Of a stretch of DNA of 64,000 nt, positions 52,354 through 61,567 are shown piece after piece. Position numbers and translations under genes: made by a program. This DNA comes from Candidatus Aenigmatarchaeota archaeon (GTDB taxonomy: Archaea > Aenigmatarchaeota > Aenigmatarchaeia > QMZP01 > QMZT01): the NCBI GenBank assembly GCA_963726265.1, contig CAVSBQ010000002.1:861795-925794 (forward strand), given 5' to 3'. The stretch's first letter is position 1, and the number at the start of each line of letters is the position of its first letter. Below the pieces are notes generated by a model. The model saw nothing but the letters and a program-made list of their open reading frames with translations, was not told where the DNA came from and did not search any database.

Positions 52354-52360
52354 ACATCAC

Positions 52361-52671
52361 CTACATTTTTTTCTCCCAAAGATCTATTCCCAGAGATCTT
52401 TTGATCATGAGCCTCATGTTTTCCTCGGCCGAGATGTCGTGCGACAGGATGACGACGGTCGGCTTGACCTGGACTAAAGCGCGTTCTTTCATGCGCTCGT
52501 TCAGCATCTGGAAGTTCTCGCTGTTCATTATCAGGATGCCGATGTCCTTGCTTTCCATGACCTCCTCGAACTTCCTGTTCACCGTTTCCTTCGTAACTTC
52601 GAAAGCGTGCCGCACCCCGGCTGCCTGGAAACCCAGGGTGAAATGCTCGCTTCCCATCACGGCTATTTCAT
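52361..52671 (-). CDS. atpF: A-type ATP synthase subunit F (apparent 1-nt deletion just after the start)
   Basis: Restoring one A in ATG AAA [A]TA GCC gives MKIAVMGSEHFTLGFQAAGV...IKRSLGIDLW. Confidence 0.88.
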
Positions 52672-53846
52672 GCGTTCTTCATCACCTTGAACATTGAATC
52701 ATTAACCACTATCAGGTTCGAGTCCACGAACTTCTCGTCCAGCCCGACGGCCTTCGCGTGGACCAGCAGCCTTATGTTCTTGGTCTCTATCTCCTTCCAC
52801 AGGAGATAGCCGAATATCGGCGAAACCGAAAGCGGCTTCCTGTGCAGCATCTTGGACGCGTAGTTGAGCAGGAACTTCTCTATCGAGGCCTCGAGCCTCG
52901 AAGGCGCCTGCTCGACCTCCGGCGTGACGAGCCCCTTGTACTGGCTCTTCCTGAGCCTCTCGAAAATCGCCTGCATGCCGTCCGCCCTTATGATGGCCTC
53001 GACCAGGCTGTCCCTGAACCGTCTCGCGGGCAGGCCACGCCTGACTCTGCCTATTTTCCTGGCGGCTTCCACCACTATCAGCTTCCTTATGGTCTCCTCG
53101 TCTATGTTTTCCTTTTTGAACCTGACGACGTTCTTTATGTTCATCAGGACGATGAGGTGCTCCAGGAACTGCTTCAGCGGGTCGCTTTGCCTCATCCTTA
53201 CCCCCTGCCTGAGCTCCATCAGCCTCCTGTAGAACGTCACGTCAATCTCGTTCTCCAGCCCCGTCAGGTTGTCCGCGTCGTAGAGCTGCTTCAGCACGGC
53301 GGCGTCCACCCTCGTTATCGCGCTGATGTTCTCGATGAACTGCTCGGCGCCTTCCCTGAAAAGCCTGAGGCACGTCTCGTAGTCCGTCGGCTTTATCGGG
53401 ACCACGCCGTATTTCAGGTCCTCCTCGCCCAGCTTGTTCATGCGCGTCCTCAGCACGAGCTTTACGTTGCCCAGTATCCATTTCAGCGAATAGAGCTCTA
53501 TGATGAATTTCAGCTCCTTCTTCAGCGAGATGTCCAGGAGCTTGTTTATCACGTTCGCAAGGCTCTCGTTCATGGCAAGCTCTATAAGCTCCGTCCCCTT
53601 GTACTGCTTCGAGAGCGCGTCTATCTCGCGCTTGTATTCGCTCTCCTCCAGGAAGCGGACCATCTCGTTCAGGCCCATCTTCCTCATGCGGAGGTAGTCC
53701 TCCTCTTTCAGCAGCTTGGACTTCATCACCCTTACCCTCGTGACGGTGTACGGGTAAGTCCTGAACCTTATTCTGCCTGCCTTTTTCTTCTGCCCTGCCC
53801 TGGCCCTGCCGATTCTTGCCCTTATATCCATCAAGCCACCGCTCAT
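52668..53846 (-). CDS. atpC: A-type ATP synthase subunit C
   Basis: YPYTVTRVRVMKSKLL, NVKLVLR, GYLLWKEIETKNIRLL. Confidence 0.88.
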   Translation of the reverse strand: MSGGLMDIRARIGRARAGQKKKAGRIRFRTYPYTVTRVRVMKSKLLKEEDYLRMRKMGLNEMVRFLEESEYKREIDALSKQYKGTELIELAMNESLANVINKLLDISLKKELKFIIELYSLKWILGNVKLVLRTRMNKLGEEDLKYGVVPIKPTDYETCLRLFREGAEQFIENISAITRVDAAVLKQLYDADNLTGLENEIDVTFYRRLMELRQGVRMRQSDPLKQFLEHLIVLMNIKNVVRFKKENIDEETIRKLIVVEAARKIGRVRRGLPARRFRDSLVEAIIRADGMQAIFERLRKSQYKGLVTPEVEQAPSRLEASIEKFLLNYASKMLHRKPLSVSPIFGYLLWKEIETKNIRLLVHAKAVGLDEKFVDSNLIVVNDSMFKVMKNA

Positions 53847-54406
53847 TCGCCGAACAGCGTTTTCGACACGCCCTTGAGCGTCCTACCCTTAAGCTGCTCT
53901 ATGAGGGTTTCGAAGCTCAGGTCGATCAGCTCCCTGCCGTCCGCGCTTTCCACTATGAAGCCGCCGTCCATTTCCTTCGTCCGTATTTCGAGGCCGCGGA
54001 ACAGCTTCTTCGCAAGCGTTACGTCTTCCTTGCGCACGTGGACGTATTTCGGCTTTGCTATCTGGCCCCTGGCCGAGTTCAGCATCTTCCTGAAAATCCT
54101 GCTTCTCTCATCCCCCTTCATGCCCTTCAGGTAGTCGAGAAACTCCAGATAGACCCTTTCCACCAGCTCCTTCTTGGCGTTCATGGCGAATTCCTTGGTC
54201 TGCCTTTTCACGATGGTCTGGCTCCTGAGTTCTATCTGGCGCAAAGCGAGCTCCATGTCCTGCCTCATCGCCTTTTCCTGTTCCTTAAGCCTCGCTCTTG
54301 CCTCGTCCATCAGTTTCTGGCCCTCGCCCTTGCCTTCGCTGATTATTTTCTGCGCTTCCCTGCGCGCATTTTCCCTTATCTCGAAAGATACCTTGTTCAG
54401 ACCCAT
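53843..54406 (-). CDS. atpE: A-type ATP synthase subunit E
   Basis: MGL...I...A..EA N-terminal helix; GGFIVESADG...IDLSFE. Confidence 0.88.
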   Translation of the reverse strand: MGLNKVSFEIRENARREAQKIISEGKGEGQKLMDEARARLKEQEKAMRQDMELALRQIELRSQTIVKRQTKEFAMNAKKELVERVYLEFLDYLKGMKGDERSRIFRKMLNSARGQIAKPKYVHVRKEDVTLAKKLFRGLEIRTKEMDGGFIVESADGRELIDLSFETLIEQLKGRTLKGVSKTLFGE

Positions 54407-54422
54407 GTTTTCCTCGCCTTAT

Positions 54423-54638
54423 TTACGCCATGCCTACTATCTGCAATGCGACGACCAGCCCGAAAATGATTATCGTTTCCGGAATGACCGTAAGGATAAG
54501 GCCCTTTGCGAAAAGGCTTTCCTTCTCCGCCATCGCCCCGATAGCCGACGTGCCCAGCTCCTTCTCTGCCCATGCCGTCGCAATAGCGCTCGCGCTTATT
54601 GTTATTGCCGCAGCGATTGCTGCCATGTCTCCTGCCAT
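54423..54638 (-). CDS. atpK: A-type ATP synthase proteolipid subunit K/c (single hairpin)
   Basis: GGAGGTG RBS; AWAEKELG...GAMAE...IPETIIIFGLVVA. Confidence 0.92.
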   Translation of the reverse strand: MAGDMAAIAAAITISASAIATAWAEKELGTSAIGAMAEKESLFAKGLILTVIPETIIIFGLVVALQIVGMA

Positions 54639-54699
54639 ATTCACACCTCCGATTTCGAAGGACACAGGCTTCACCTGTGTCAACCACATCTATAACTAC

Positions 54700-56559
54700 T
54701 TAACTCCCGAACGGTTTGTACGGTTCACCGTCACCATGATAAAACTTCGAGAACATCTCGACGTAATGCAGCCTCAGCGACTGCAGGAAGCATCCCATGA
54801 GCGCGAGCATCATGTTCACGCCGTGCCCGGCAAAAAGCAGCGCGACGCCCATGAATAGGAATATTCCGCCCGCGTGGAACATGCCTTCCGCCATGCCGTT
54901 TATGACCAGCGCCAGCTGCACGCCCGCGAGGCCGAGCGCGGCGATACGGGCGTATGAAAGCACGTTGCTCGCTAACGCCGGAATCTCTATGAGGCCCTGG
55001 TAGCTCTCGCCTATGACCAGCAGTACGACGCCGGCGAGCAGCACGTAAAGGCTGGTCATCGGCTCGATGCCCGTCGGGATCTTGAAGAACGTGTCCAGCA
55101 GGTAAAGTATGCCGCCCGTCTCCAGGATGAACCAGCTGACCTTGCCCAGCGCATGCTTCAGCTTTCGCTCTCGTAACGCGTTAACTAACGCCATGCCGAT
55201 GCCCAGGTTGAGGTGCACGATGCCTATTATGAGGGCTATGGGCAGCATCGCGCCTATGCCCTCGGCCCTGAATATCATCGGATGGAGCGCGATCCCGGCT
55301 ATCTCTTCGAAGCCGAAGAACTCCCCGAACACGAAGCCGAAGAACACGCTCACGAGCGATGAAATCATGAGGACCGATGCGACCGAGCGCATCTTCTTCA
55401 TCTTGAACCTGATGAACGCGAAGCCGGCGAAGAGGACGAGGCCGTAGCCTATGTCGCCCATCATTATGCCGAATATTATCGGGTAAGTGAGGAAAAGCAG
55501 GAATGTCGGGTCAAGCTCCTTGTAGCTTGGCAGGGAATACAAACGCAGGAAGAATTCGAACGGCTTCACCGGGCCCTTGTTTTTCAGCAGTATGGGCGCC
55601 TCTTCATGCTCGCCGACTTCCTCGGCGTTGTAATACAGGTTGTCCGTCAGGCTGGCGAGCCGCTTTTCGAGCGCCGCTTCCTTGCCTTTCGGCAGCCATC
55701 CCTGGATGACGAAGCTGTGCCTGCTCACCGCGAACTTGAGCGGCGCCTCGGACTTGCGTATTTCTGCGGTGAGCATGTCCTCGATGCCGAGCAGCTTTCC
55801 TCCGTTCTCTTTAGTGACGCTTTCGAATTCCGTCTTCAGCTCCTGCGCCCTCTTCTCGAGCGCCTTCACCTCTTTCCTGAAAGCCTCGACTTCGTCCGCG
55901 ACGGTCGCAGTCTTCCACTCCATCTCCATGTCGAGCCTGGTGAAGCCCGAGGCCGTGAGCGCGGCTTTCGTTTTCTCCGAATCCTTCTTCCTGAAAAAAA
56001 TGATGAGCGGCAATCCCTTCTCCGTTTTGTCGTCCGCGCTTGCCATGAGCTCGAAGTCGGTCCTGCCCAGCTTTTCCTTCAGGATTACAATGTCGGGAAC
56101 AAAGCCCCCGGCGACATCGAGCGTTCCATACCCCCTGAGCACGTCGAACTTCTTGACCTTCAGCCCGGCCAGGAAGCCGAGCAGCTCTCCCTTCCTCTCG
56201 CCCGCCTTCAGCGCGGCCTCCGCCGCCTTCATCCCGGACGTGAGTCTGCCGACCTCCTGCTGGAAGCCGTTCAGGAAACTTTCCGCCTCGGCCAGGTCCG
56301 TTTCGACCTTCGCTTTCAGCACGCCCTTCGTGTTCAGCTGCGCCTTTATGGCATTAAGCGTGAGAAGCAGCTCGGATATCTTTTCCGCGTTCTCAAGAGG
56401 CGAGCCTATCGGATAATGGTCCTTTTCCTTGGGGATGTAGTCCTTGAGATGCAGCACGCCCGCGTCGTAAAGCGTCTTCACGGCGTCCTTCAGGTAGGCC
56501 TTATGCGCGACCACTGTTACCCTGCACATCTCCCTAGGCACAAGCATTGTTTCATTCAC
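54700..56559 (-). CDS. atpI: A-type ATP synthase subunit I
   Basis: GWLP, P.Y.ELDPT, FGIMMGDIGYG, LSYARIAALGLA, SLRLHYVEMFSKFY. Confidence 0.95.
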   Translation of the reverse strand: MNETMLVPREMCRVTVVAHKAYLKDAVKTLYDAGVLHLKDYIPKEKDHYPIGSPLENAEKISELLLTLNAIKAQLNTKGVLKAKVETDLAEAESFLNGFQQEVGRLTSGMKAAEAALKAGERKGELLGFLAGLKVKKFDVLRGYGTLDVAGGFVPDIVILKEKLGRTDFELMASADDKTEKGLPLIIFFRKKDSEKTKAALTASGFTRLDMEMEWKTATVADEVEAFRKEVKALEKRAQELKTEFESVTKENGGKLLGIEDMLTAEIRKSEAPLKFAVSRHSFVIQGWLPKGKEAALEKRLASLTDNLYYNAEEVGEHEEAPILLKNKGPVKPFEFFLRLYSLPSYKELDPTFLLFLTYPIIFGIMMGDIGYGLVLFAGFAFIRFKMKKMRSVASVLMISSLVSVFFGFVFGEFFGFEEIAGIALHPMIFRAEGIGAMLPIALIIGIVHLNLGIGMALVNALRERKLKHALGKVSWFILETGGILYLLDTFFKIPTGIEPMTSLYVLLAGVVLLVIGESYQGLIEIPALASNVLSYARIAALGLAGVQLALVINGMAEGMFHAGGIFLFMGVALLFAGHGVNMMLALMGCFLQSLRLHYVEMFSKFYHGDGEPYKPFGS

Positions 56560-56875
56560 CCAAAAACACGCGGAACTCCTTCTTCAGGCTCTCCACGGCC
56601 TTCTCGACTTTCCTGCCCGCGTCCTTCCTGACCTTCTCCATCTCCCCCTTCCTTTCCCCGAAAAAGCGTTCCCTCTCCCTCTCGCTCCTCTCTTCGAACT
56701 GCCTGAGCTCGGCCTCCATCTCCTTCTTGAGCTTATCTAGCTCCTTCTCCTCGAAGAGCCTTGCGTTCTTCCCCATGTCCAGAATTATCTCAGCCTTCTG
56801 CCTTTCCGCCTTCTCGAGCGTCCTGTTGGCGTCTTTCTCGGCCTTCTTTATCTCGTCAAACATATCCGGATTCAT
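56552..56875 (-). CDS. atpH: A-type ATP synthase subunit H/G
   Basis: Charged helical protein IKKAEKDA...; first gene of the operon. Confidence 0.8.
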   Translation of the reverse strand: MNPDMFDEIKKAEKDANRTLEKAERQKAEIILDMGKNARLFEEKELDKLKKEMEAELRQFEERSERERERFFGERKGEMEKVRKDAGRKVEKAVESLKKEFRVFLGE

Positions 56876-57158
56876 AGTTACCCAACCTCTCTGCGGCTTC
56901 GCCGCTTGTTTTGAATATGTCGTTTTTCACATTGATTTTTTCATTGAATTTGAATATGTTCCAGGCGTTCCAGGCCCCAATCACGGTTTAACCGTTATTA
57001 ATATCATTAGAGCGCCTCATTCTAAAGAGATTTATATTATATAGAATAAATATAAAGGTTTTGTTTTCCACGCGTTTTCCACGCACGGTTTTCGCTGGAA
57101 ATCCTTCGGATGAAAACAAACCTTATAATTTTTGCATCCATAATTTCTAGGTGGGGTC

Positions 57159-58367
57159 ATGACTTCTCCGGCCAGGCTGTGCATAGTGTGCAAGGGCTCG
57201 AGGAAGCTCTGCGGCTGGCGCACGTGCCCGCTCTACTCGAGGATGCGCATCGCGCCCCAGATACAGGCCTCGCTGAAGAAGGATTTCTTCGGGCCATCGA
57301 CTTCGGTATTCGTGGGCCATAATTTCTATCCCGACGTCTATGCCGGGCCGATGGCCGCGCTCGACCCGGCAAACACGAACATCGGGATAATCGACTCACC
57401 CCAGGAATGGTTCGGCAGGCCATACGGCGACATCCTGCAGTTCAGGTCGCTTCTCCTCCGCTCACAGTTCAGGGAGAACGTTTTCTCCCGCTCGAAATTC
57501 GTCGAGCAGAACCAGGAGCTCGCGCTCGCTGCGAAGCCGACGGATGTCGAAATCACGTTCAAGAACGTGCCCAAGCTCTCGTTCGAATTCTCCGACATCA
57601 TCCATCCCATGGGTCCGTCCGGGACGATGGACAAGTTCAAGGTCATCGGCAATCCCAGGATACCGCGCAACGTGGAGAAGGTCGTGGCTGACGAGCTCAA
57701 GACCACGGAAGCCGCGTTCACCCTTTACAGCGGCGGCGTCGACATCTACAAGCTCATTACCATCCTCTCGTCCGGCATCTTCGGTATGCGCGAACGGCGC
57801 AAGATGGTCCCGACGCGCTGGAGCATAACCGCGACGCATTCAATGCTGGCGAACCAGCTGCTCGACAAAATCAGGCAATATCCGTCCATAAGCGATTACC
57901 GGGTCTACTCGAGCGAATACCTGGACAACCATTACGAAATCCTGCTGATGCCCGGCAACTGGGAATACGAGAATTTCGAGTGCTGGTCGCCGGGGTCGTA
58001 CTGGGCGCAGCAGCTGAAAGCGCCGGAGATAACCGAGGAATACGAGCCCTTCGGAGGCCGCAGCAGTTACGCTTCGGAACAGGGCGGCGGCTTCTATGCC
58101 AACCGCCTCGGCCTCGCCGAGGGTCTGGAGCAGATGCGCAGGCAGGCGAGATGCGTCATCTTCCGCGAAATCCACCAGGGCTATACCATCCCCGTCGGGG
58201 TCTGGCAGTGTCTGGAAAACACGAGAAACGCCTTCCGCCAGCAACCGGCGAAGTTCGCGACCATGAAGGAAGCGCTGGCCCACATAAGCACGAAACTCAA
58301 GACGCCGGTTTACGAATACGCCAGGCAGAGCATCATCCTCAAGCAGCGACGGCTAGGTGATTTCTGA
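57159..58367 (+). CDS. nreA: DNA repair protein NreA with C-terminal PIP box
   Basis: LCIVCKG...LCG...CP, FVG..YP.V.AGP, KMVPTRWSITA, PVGVWQ, ends QRRLGDF. Confidence 0.92.
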   Translation: MTSPARLCIVCKGSRKLCGWRTCPLYSRMRIAPQIQASLKKDFFGPSTSVFVGHNFYPDVYAGPMAALDPANTNIGIIDSPQEWFGRPYGDILQFRSLLLRSQFRENVFSRSKFVEQNQELALAAKPTDVEITFKNVPKLSFEFSDIIHPMGPSGTMDKFKVIGNPRIPRNVEKVVADELKTTEAAFTLYSGGVDIYKLITILSSGIFGMRERRKMVPTRWSITATHSMLANQLLDKIRQYPSISDYRVYSSEYLDNHYEILLMPGNWEYENFECWSPGSYWAQQLKAPEITEEYEPFGGRSSYASEQGGGFYANRLGLAEGLEQMRRQARCVIFREIHQGYTIPVGVWQCLENTRNAFRQQPAKFATMKEALAHISTKLKTPVYEYARQSIILKQRRLGDF

Positions 58368-58368
58368 G

Positions 58369-58647
58369 TTATTCCTTTGATTTTTTCCATATATCAAGAA
58401 AATTAGGCGTTTCTTTTTTTATTTGTGCTCTGCTGTTTGCTAAAGAAATCTCCGCAATAATTCTAGCTTCTTCTGGTTCATGACCTTGACTGACAAGTGC
58501 TGGATGAAGATGATTGTAGGCGTAGTCTCGCGCTTTTGCAATTTCTAACCCGGCCCTTAACGTTTCATTGGTATAAGTTTGCATTGCTTTTGACCATTTC
58601 ACATCTTCCTTCAATTTTGTTATTTCAGATTTATAATCATCCGCCAT
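58369..58647 (-). CDS. Hypothetical protein (92 aa)
   Basis: AT-rich ORF convergent on nreA. Confidence 0.5.
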   Translation of the reverse strand: MADDYKSEITKLKEDVKWSKAMQTYTNETLRAGLEIAKARDYAYNHLHPALVSQGHEPEEARIIAEISLANSRAQIKKETPNFLDIWKKSKE

Positions 58648-58751
58648 ACTTTAACGTTCGTAAAAAGCTTTAAAAATCACATTCAAGTGATTTTTTATCA
58701 CAGCATGTTTAAACCGAATTTATATTCCATTCCTGCCAAATTATATACTGA

Positions 58752-59534
58752 ATGATGCCGAAAAAACTGCTTTTGCTTATTGCACTGACTATAACTACTG
58801 TTGTAGGAATGCTACTGCAGACGTCAGACAGCCCTTCTTTGATCAGATACCTGTTCGCTGGCACAGGACTGATTTTTATCCCGATCATCTCGGCATGGAT
58901 TGGTATTGATGGCGCAAGGGCCTTTACCTTCAAGAGCGTCTTCGGCAAGTCATTGCTGTTCATTTCACTTGGTGTGTTAGCATGGGGACTGGGTGATGTT
59001 GCATTTTTTTATTACAACATATCGGGTACAGAAGTTCCGTATCCTTCCTTGGCTGATGTCGGATACATTGCACTGATTCCTCTTGTGAGTTATGGCGTGT
59101 TTTTGCTTCTGAAAGGCGTTAAAATGAAACTGGATGCTAAAACCATTTTCAAGATTCTGATATCGCCGATATTAGTTTTATTGGTCATATTCCCGTTTTT
59201 CATTTATGGAAAGCTGGCCGAGGATGTGGATCTGCTCACGAAAACCCTCAATGTCCTTTACCCCGTGGGCGATGTCTTGTTCTTGTCGTTTGCTCTGATA
59301 ATAATAACCCTTACTTATGGCAGTGTTCTGTTCAAATCGCTTCGCATAATCAGTTTGGGCTTCATAATAGAAGCTATGGCAGATTTTTCATTCTCTTATG
59401 CTACCGCTGCTGGCATTTATTACACGTCAAGTTGGGATGATGTCTTATTTGCCCTAGCGTTCTTTACCATAGGCTTCGGGATGTATTACATGTCGAAAAG
59501 CCTGAAAGAGCCTGCCAAAAAGCAGAGTGCCTAG
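58752..59534 (+). CDS. Standalone multi-TM membrane sensor-like protein
   Basis: About 8 TM helices; PYPSLADVGY and YPVGD motifs typical of integral-membrane sensor modules of cyclases and kinases; no cytoplasmic output domain. Confidence 0.7.
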   Translation: MMPKKLLLLIALTITTVVGMLLQTSDSPSLIRYLFAGTGLIFIPIISAWIGIDGARAFTFKSVFGKSLLFISLGVLAWGLGDVAFFYYNISGTEVPYPSLADVGYIALIPLVSYGVFLLLKGVKMKLDAKTIFKILISPILVLLVIFPFFIYGKLAEDVDLLTKTLNVLYPVGDVLFLSFALIIITLTYGSVLFKSLRIISLGFIIEAMADFSFSYATAAGIYYTSSWDDVLFALAFFTIGFGMYYMSKSLKEPAKKQSA

Positions 59535-59642
59535 ATTTTTATCGGGTAACAGGTGCTTGAGGAGTTTTAGGTTTTATAATCAGCCTGATTATATTTTAAT
59601 TGTGAGGGAAACCGCAGGCAAAAATTACAGGGTGAGATAAAC

Positions 59643-60011
59643 ATGGGAGACAGGATAAAAACCAAGAACGGCGAGGTATGGGTGGAAGGCGAAATCCTGA
59701 TGATGAAGATGTCAGGCGAGATAGAAGAGGATGAGATGAAAGAGATTGCGAGAATTAACATGGACATGATCAAGAAATTCAAATTGAAATACGTCCTGGT
59801 GGTTTCGGATGTCACGAAAACGTCTTTCGACGCAAGGCAGATGGCATCCAATTTTAACCTGGACCCGATAAAAAAAATAGCCATGATATGCAAAAACCCC
59901 GTGACCAGGATCATCGCCTCGTTCTTCATGCGAAAATATGCGTTAACGATACCGACCAAGCTTTTCTCCGATACCGAGGAAGCCAAGAAATGGTTAAGGG
60001 AGGGAAAGTGA
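59643..60011 (+). CDS. STAS/SpoIIAA-like small protein, paralog 1
   Basis: EVWVEGEIL..KMSGEI...VLVVSD...ARQ...KKIAMICKNPVTRIIASFF...PTKLFSDTEEAKKWL. Confidence 0.75.
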   Translation: MGDRIKTKNGEVWVEGEILMMKMSGEIEEDEMKEIARINMDMIKKFKLKYVLVVSDVTKTSFDARQMASNFNLDPIKKIAMICKNPVTRIIASFFMRKYALTIPTKLFSDTEEAKKWLREGK

Positions 60012-60012
60012 C

Positions 60013-60387
60013 ATGGAAAAAGTAAAGTTAAAAAACAGCGAAGTATGGGTGGATGGAGATATACTCATGATTAAAATGTCGGGCGAGGCGACGTATGAAG
60101 AGATGGACGAAATCACGAACGCGAGCGCGGACCTGGTCAAAAAATTCAAACTGAAATACATCCTGGTGGACTCGGACGTCAGAAAGATGTCCTTGAGCGC
60201 GAGAAAAAAGAATTTCACTTACGTGGGAGCAGTAACAGTGGAAAAAATAGCCTTCATCTGCGCCAATCCGGTGACCCGAGCCATTGCCATGTTTTTAGTT
60301 AGGGGATACAAATTGGAGATACCGGTCAGGCTTTTCTCGAATGCCGAAGATGCCAAGAAATGGTTCAGTGAGGAGAAAAAGGCATGA
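60013..60387 (+). CDS. STAS/SpoIIAA-like small protein, paralog 2
   Basis: Clear tandem paralog: EVWVDGDIL..KMSGE...KIAFICANPVTRAIAMFL...PVRLFSNAEDAKKWF. Confidence 0.75.
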   Translation: MEKVKLKNSEVWVDGDILMIKMSGEATYEEMDEITNASADLVKKFKLKYILVDSDVRKMSLSARKKNFTYVGAVTVEKIAFICANPVTRAIAMFLVRGYKLEIPVRLFSNAEDAKKWFSEEKKA

Positions 60388-60704
60388 AAGGAACGGAATC
60401 CGCAACGAGCGACATCGGGAAAAGGATAAACGAAATCCTCGACGTGCTCCAGAAGGCGGCAGCCGGCGACCTGAACGTCTCCGCCCCGATCAGCGAAAAG
60501 ACGGATGAGCTGGATGCGCTGGCGGCAGGCATAAACATGATGATAGAAGAGGTGAGGGAAAGGACCAAGGAGCTGGAACAGAAGAACGAGGAGCTCGCGA
60601 AGTTCAACAAAATGGCGGTCGGCAGGGAGCTGAAGATGATCGAGCTGAAAAAAAGGGTCGGGGAGCTGGAAAACCTGCTGCATGAACATGGCATCAAACC
60701 GTAG
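60384..60704 (+). CDS. HAMP domain plus GRELKM coiled-coil protein
   Basis: AAAGDLNV.....DELDALAAGINMM (HAMP), then ELAKFNKMAVGRELKMIELKKRVGELE. Confidence 0.8.
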   Translation: MKGTESATSDIGKRINEILDVLQKAAAGDLNVSAPISEKTDELDALAAGINMMIEEVRERTKELEQKNEELAKFNKMAVGRELKMIELKKRVGELENLLHEHGIKP

Positions 60705-60754
60705 CAGCTGCGCCGCGGCGAGACTGTTTTTATTCTAAGCAGTAAGATATTATC

Positions 60755-61567
60755 ATGCGCAAAGGAACGCCAGAAGCTGGAAAGCGCAGGATGCGCATAG
60801 TCCTTGCTTACCTGCGCAAAAAATACGGTGCTGAGGTCGATACTTCGATTCTGAAGAAGAGGAGCGATTTGTTCCGCCTTCTCATCTCGACCGTCCTCTC
60901 GCAGCGCGCGAAGGATGAGACGACCGAGATCGTGAGCGAGCGCCTGTTCTCGGTCGTGACCACACCCGAAGATATCCTGAAGCTCGGCCGCAGCAGGCTC
61001 GAAGCCCTCATTCGTCCTTCAGGCCCTTTCAGGCAGAAGGCGAGGAAGATAACCGAGATTTCGAAAGCGCTGGAGCGCGATTACAAAAATTCATTCCCGC
61101 GCACGCGCGAGGAGCTGATGGCGCTCCATGGCGTCGGGCCGAAGACCGCGGACATCGTCCTTTCGTACGGCTACGGCATTCCAGTCATCGCTGTCGACGT
61201 CCATGTCGAAGTTTGTTCGAAACGACTGGGATTCGCGAGGGCGAAGGCGAAATACGAGGAGATTCGCGCGAACCTCGAGAAACTCGTGCCCGAAAACGAG
61301 CGCTTCATCGTCAACCTCGGCCTCGTGAATTTCGGCAAGGCGATATGCATAACGCGGAAGCCGAAATGCGAGATATGCGGCCTGAGAAGGGTATGCAGTT
61401 ATTATGTTTCAAACAAAAATCTAAATCAGGCACGCAAAAATAAAATAAGGCGGGAGCATGGCCTACAGGGAAAGGAATTATCCGTTCACGAAGTCGCTGA
61501 CGTTCTACATCATAGCCCTGACTGTCCTGGTCTGGGCCGCTCAATTCGCCGCCTATCCGCTGGTTGA
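60755..61567 (+). CDS. nth: Endonuclease III with [4Fe-4S] cluster; true stop probably near 61440
   Basis: LISTVLSQRAKDE, LHGVGPKTA, IAVDVHV, CITRKPKCEICGLRRVC. Confidence 0.9.
   Translation: MRKGTPEAGKRRMRIVLAYLRKKYGAEVDTSILKKRSDLFRLLISTVLSQRAKDETTEIVSERLFSVVTTPEDILKLGRSRLEALIRPSGPFRQKARKITEISKALERDYKNSFPRTREELMALHGVGPKTADIVLSYGYGIPVIAVDVHVEVCSKRLGFARAKAKYEEIRANLEKLVPENERFIVNLGLVNFGKAICITRKPKCEICGLRRVCSYYVSNKNLNQARKNKIRREHGLQGKELSVHEVADVLHHSPDCPGLGRSIRRLSAG

Noticed and set aside
1782..56631. Long antisense or alternate-frame ORFs (e.g. 1782-3017, 4525-5688, 8174-9283, 17861-19123, 33035-34183, 43493-44725, 52758-54134, 55606-56631)
   Set aside because: They are shadows of well-supported genes on the opposite strand, expected with GC-rich third codon positions, and carry no motifs.
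61440..61567. 110-nt overlap of nth with the rhomboid gene
   Set aside because: The tail after the Fe-S motif has no recognisable features and follows A-runs; probably an indel hiding a stop near 61443.
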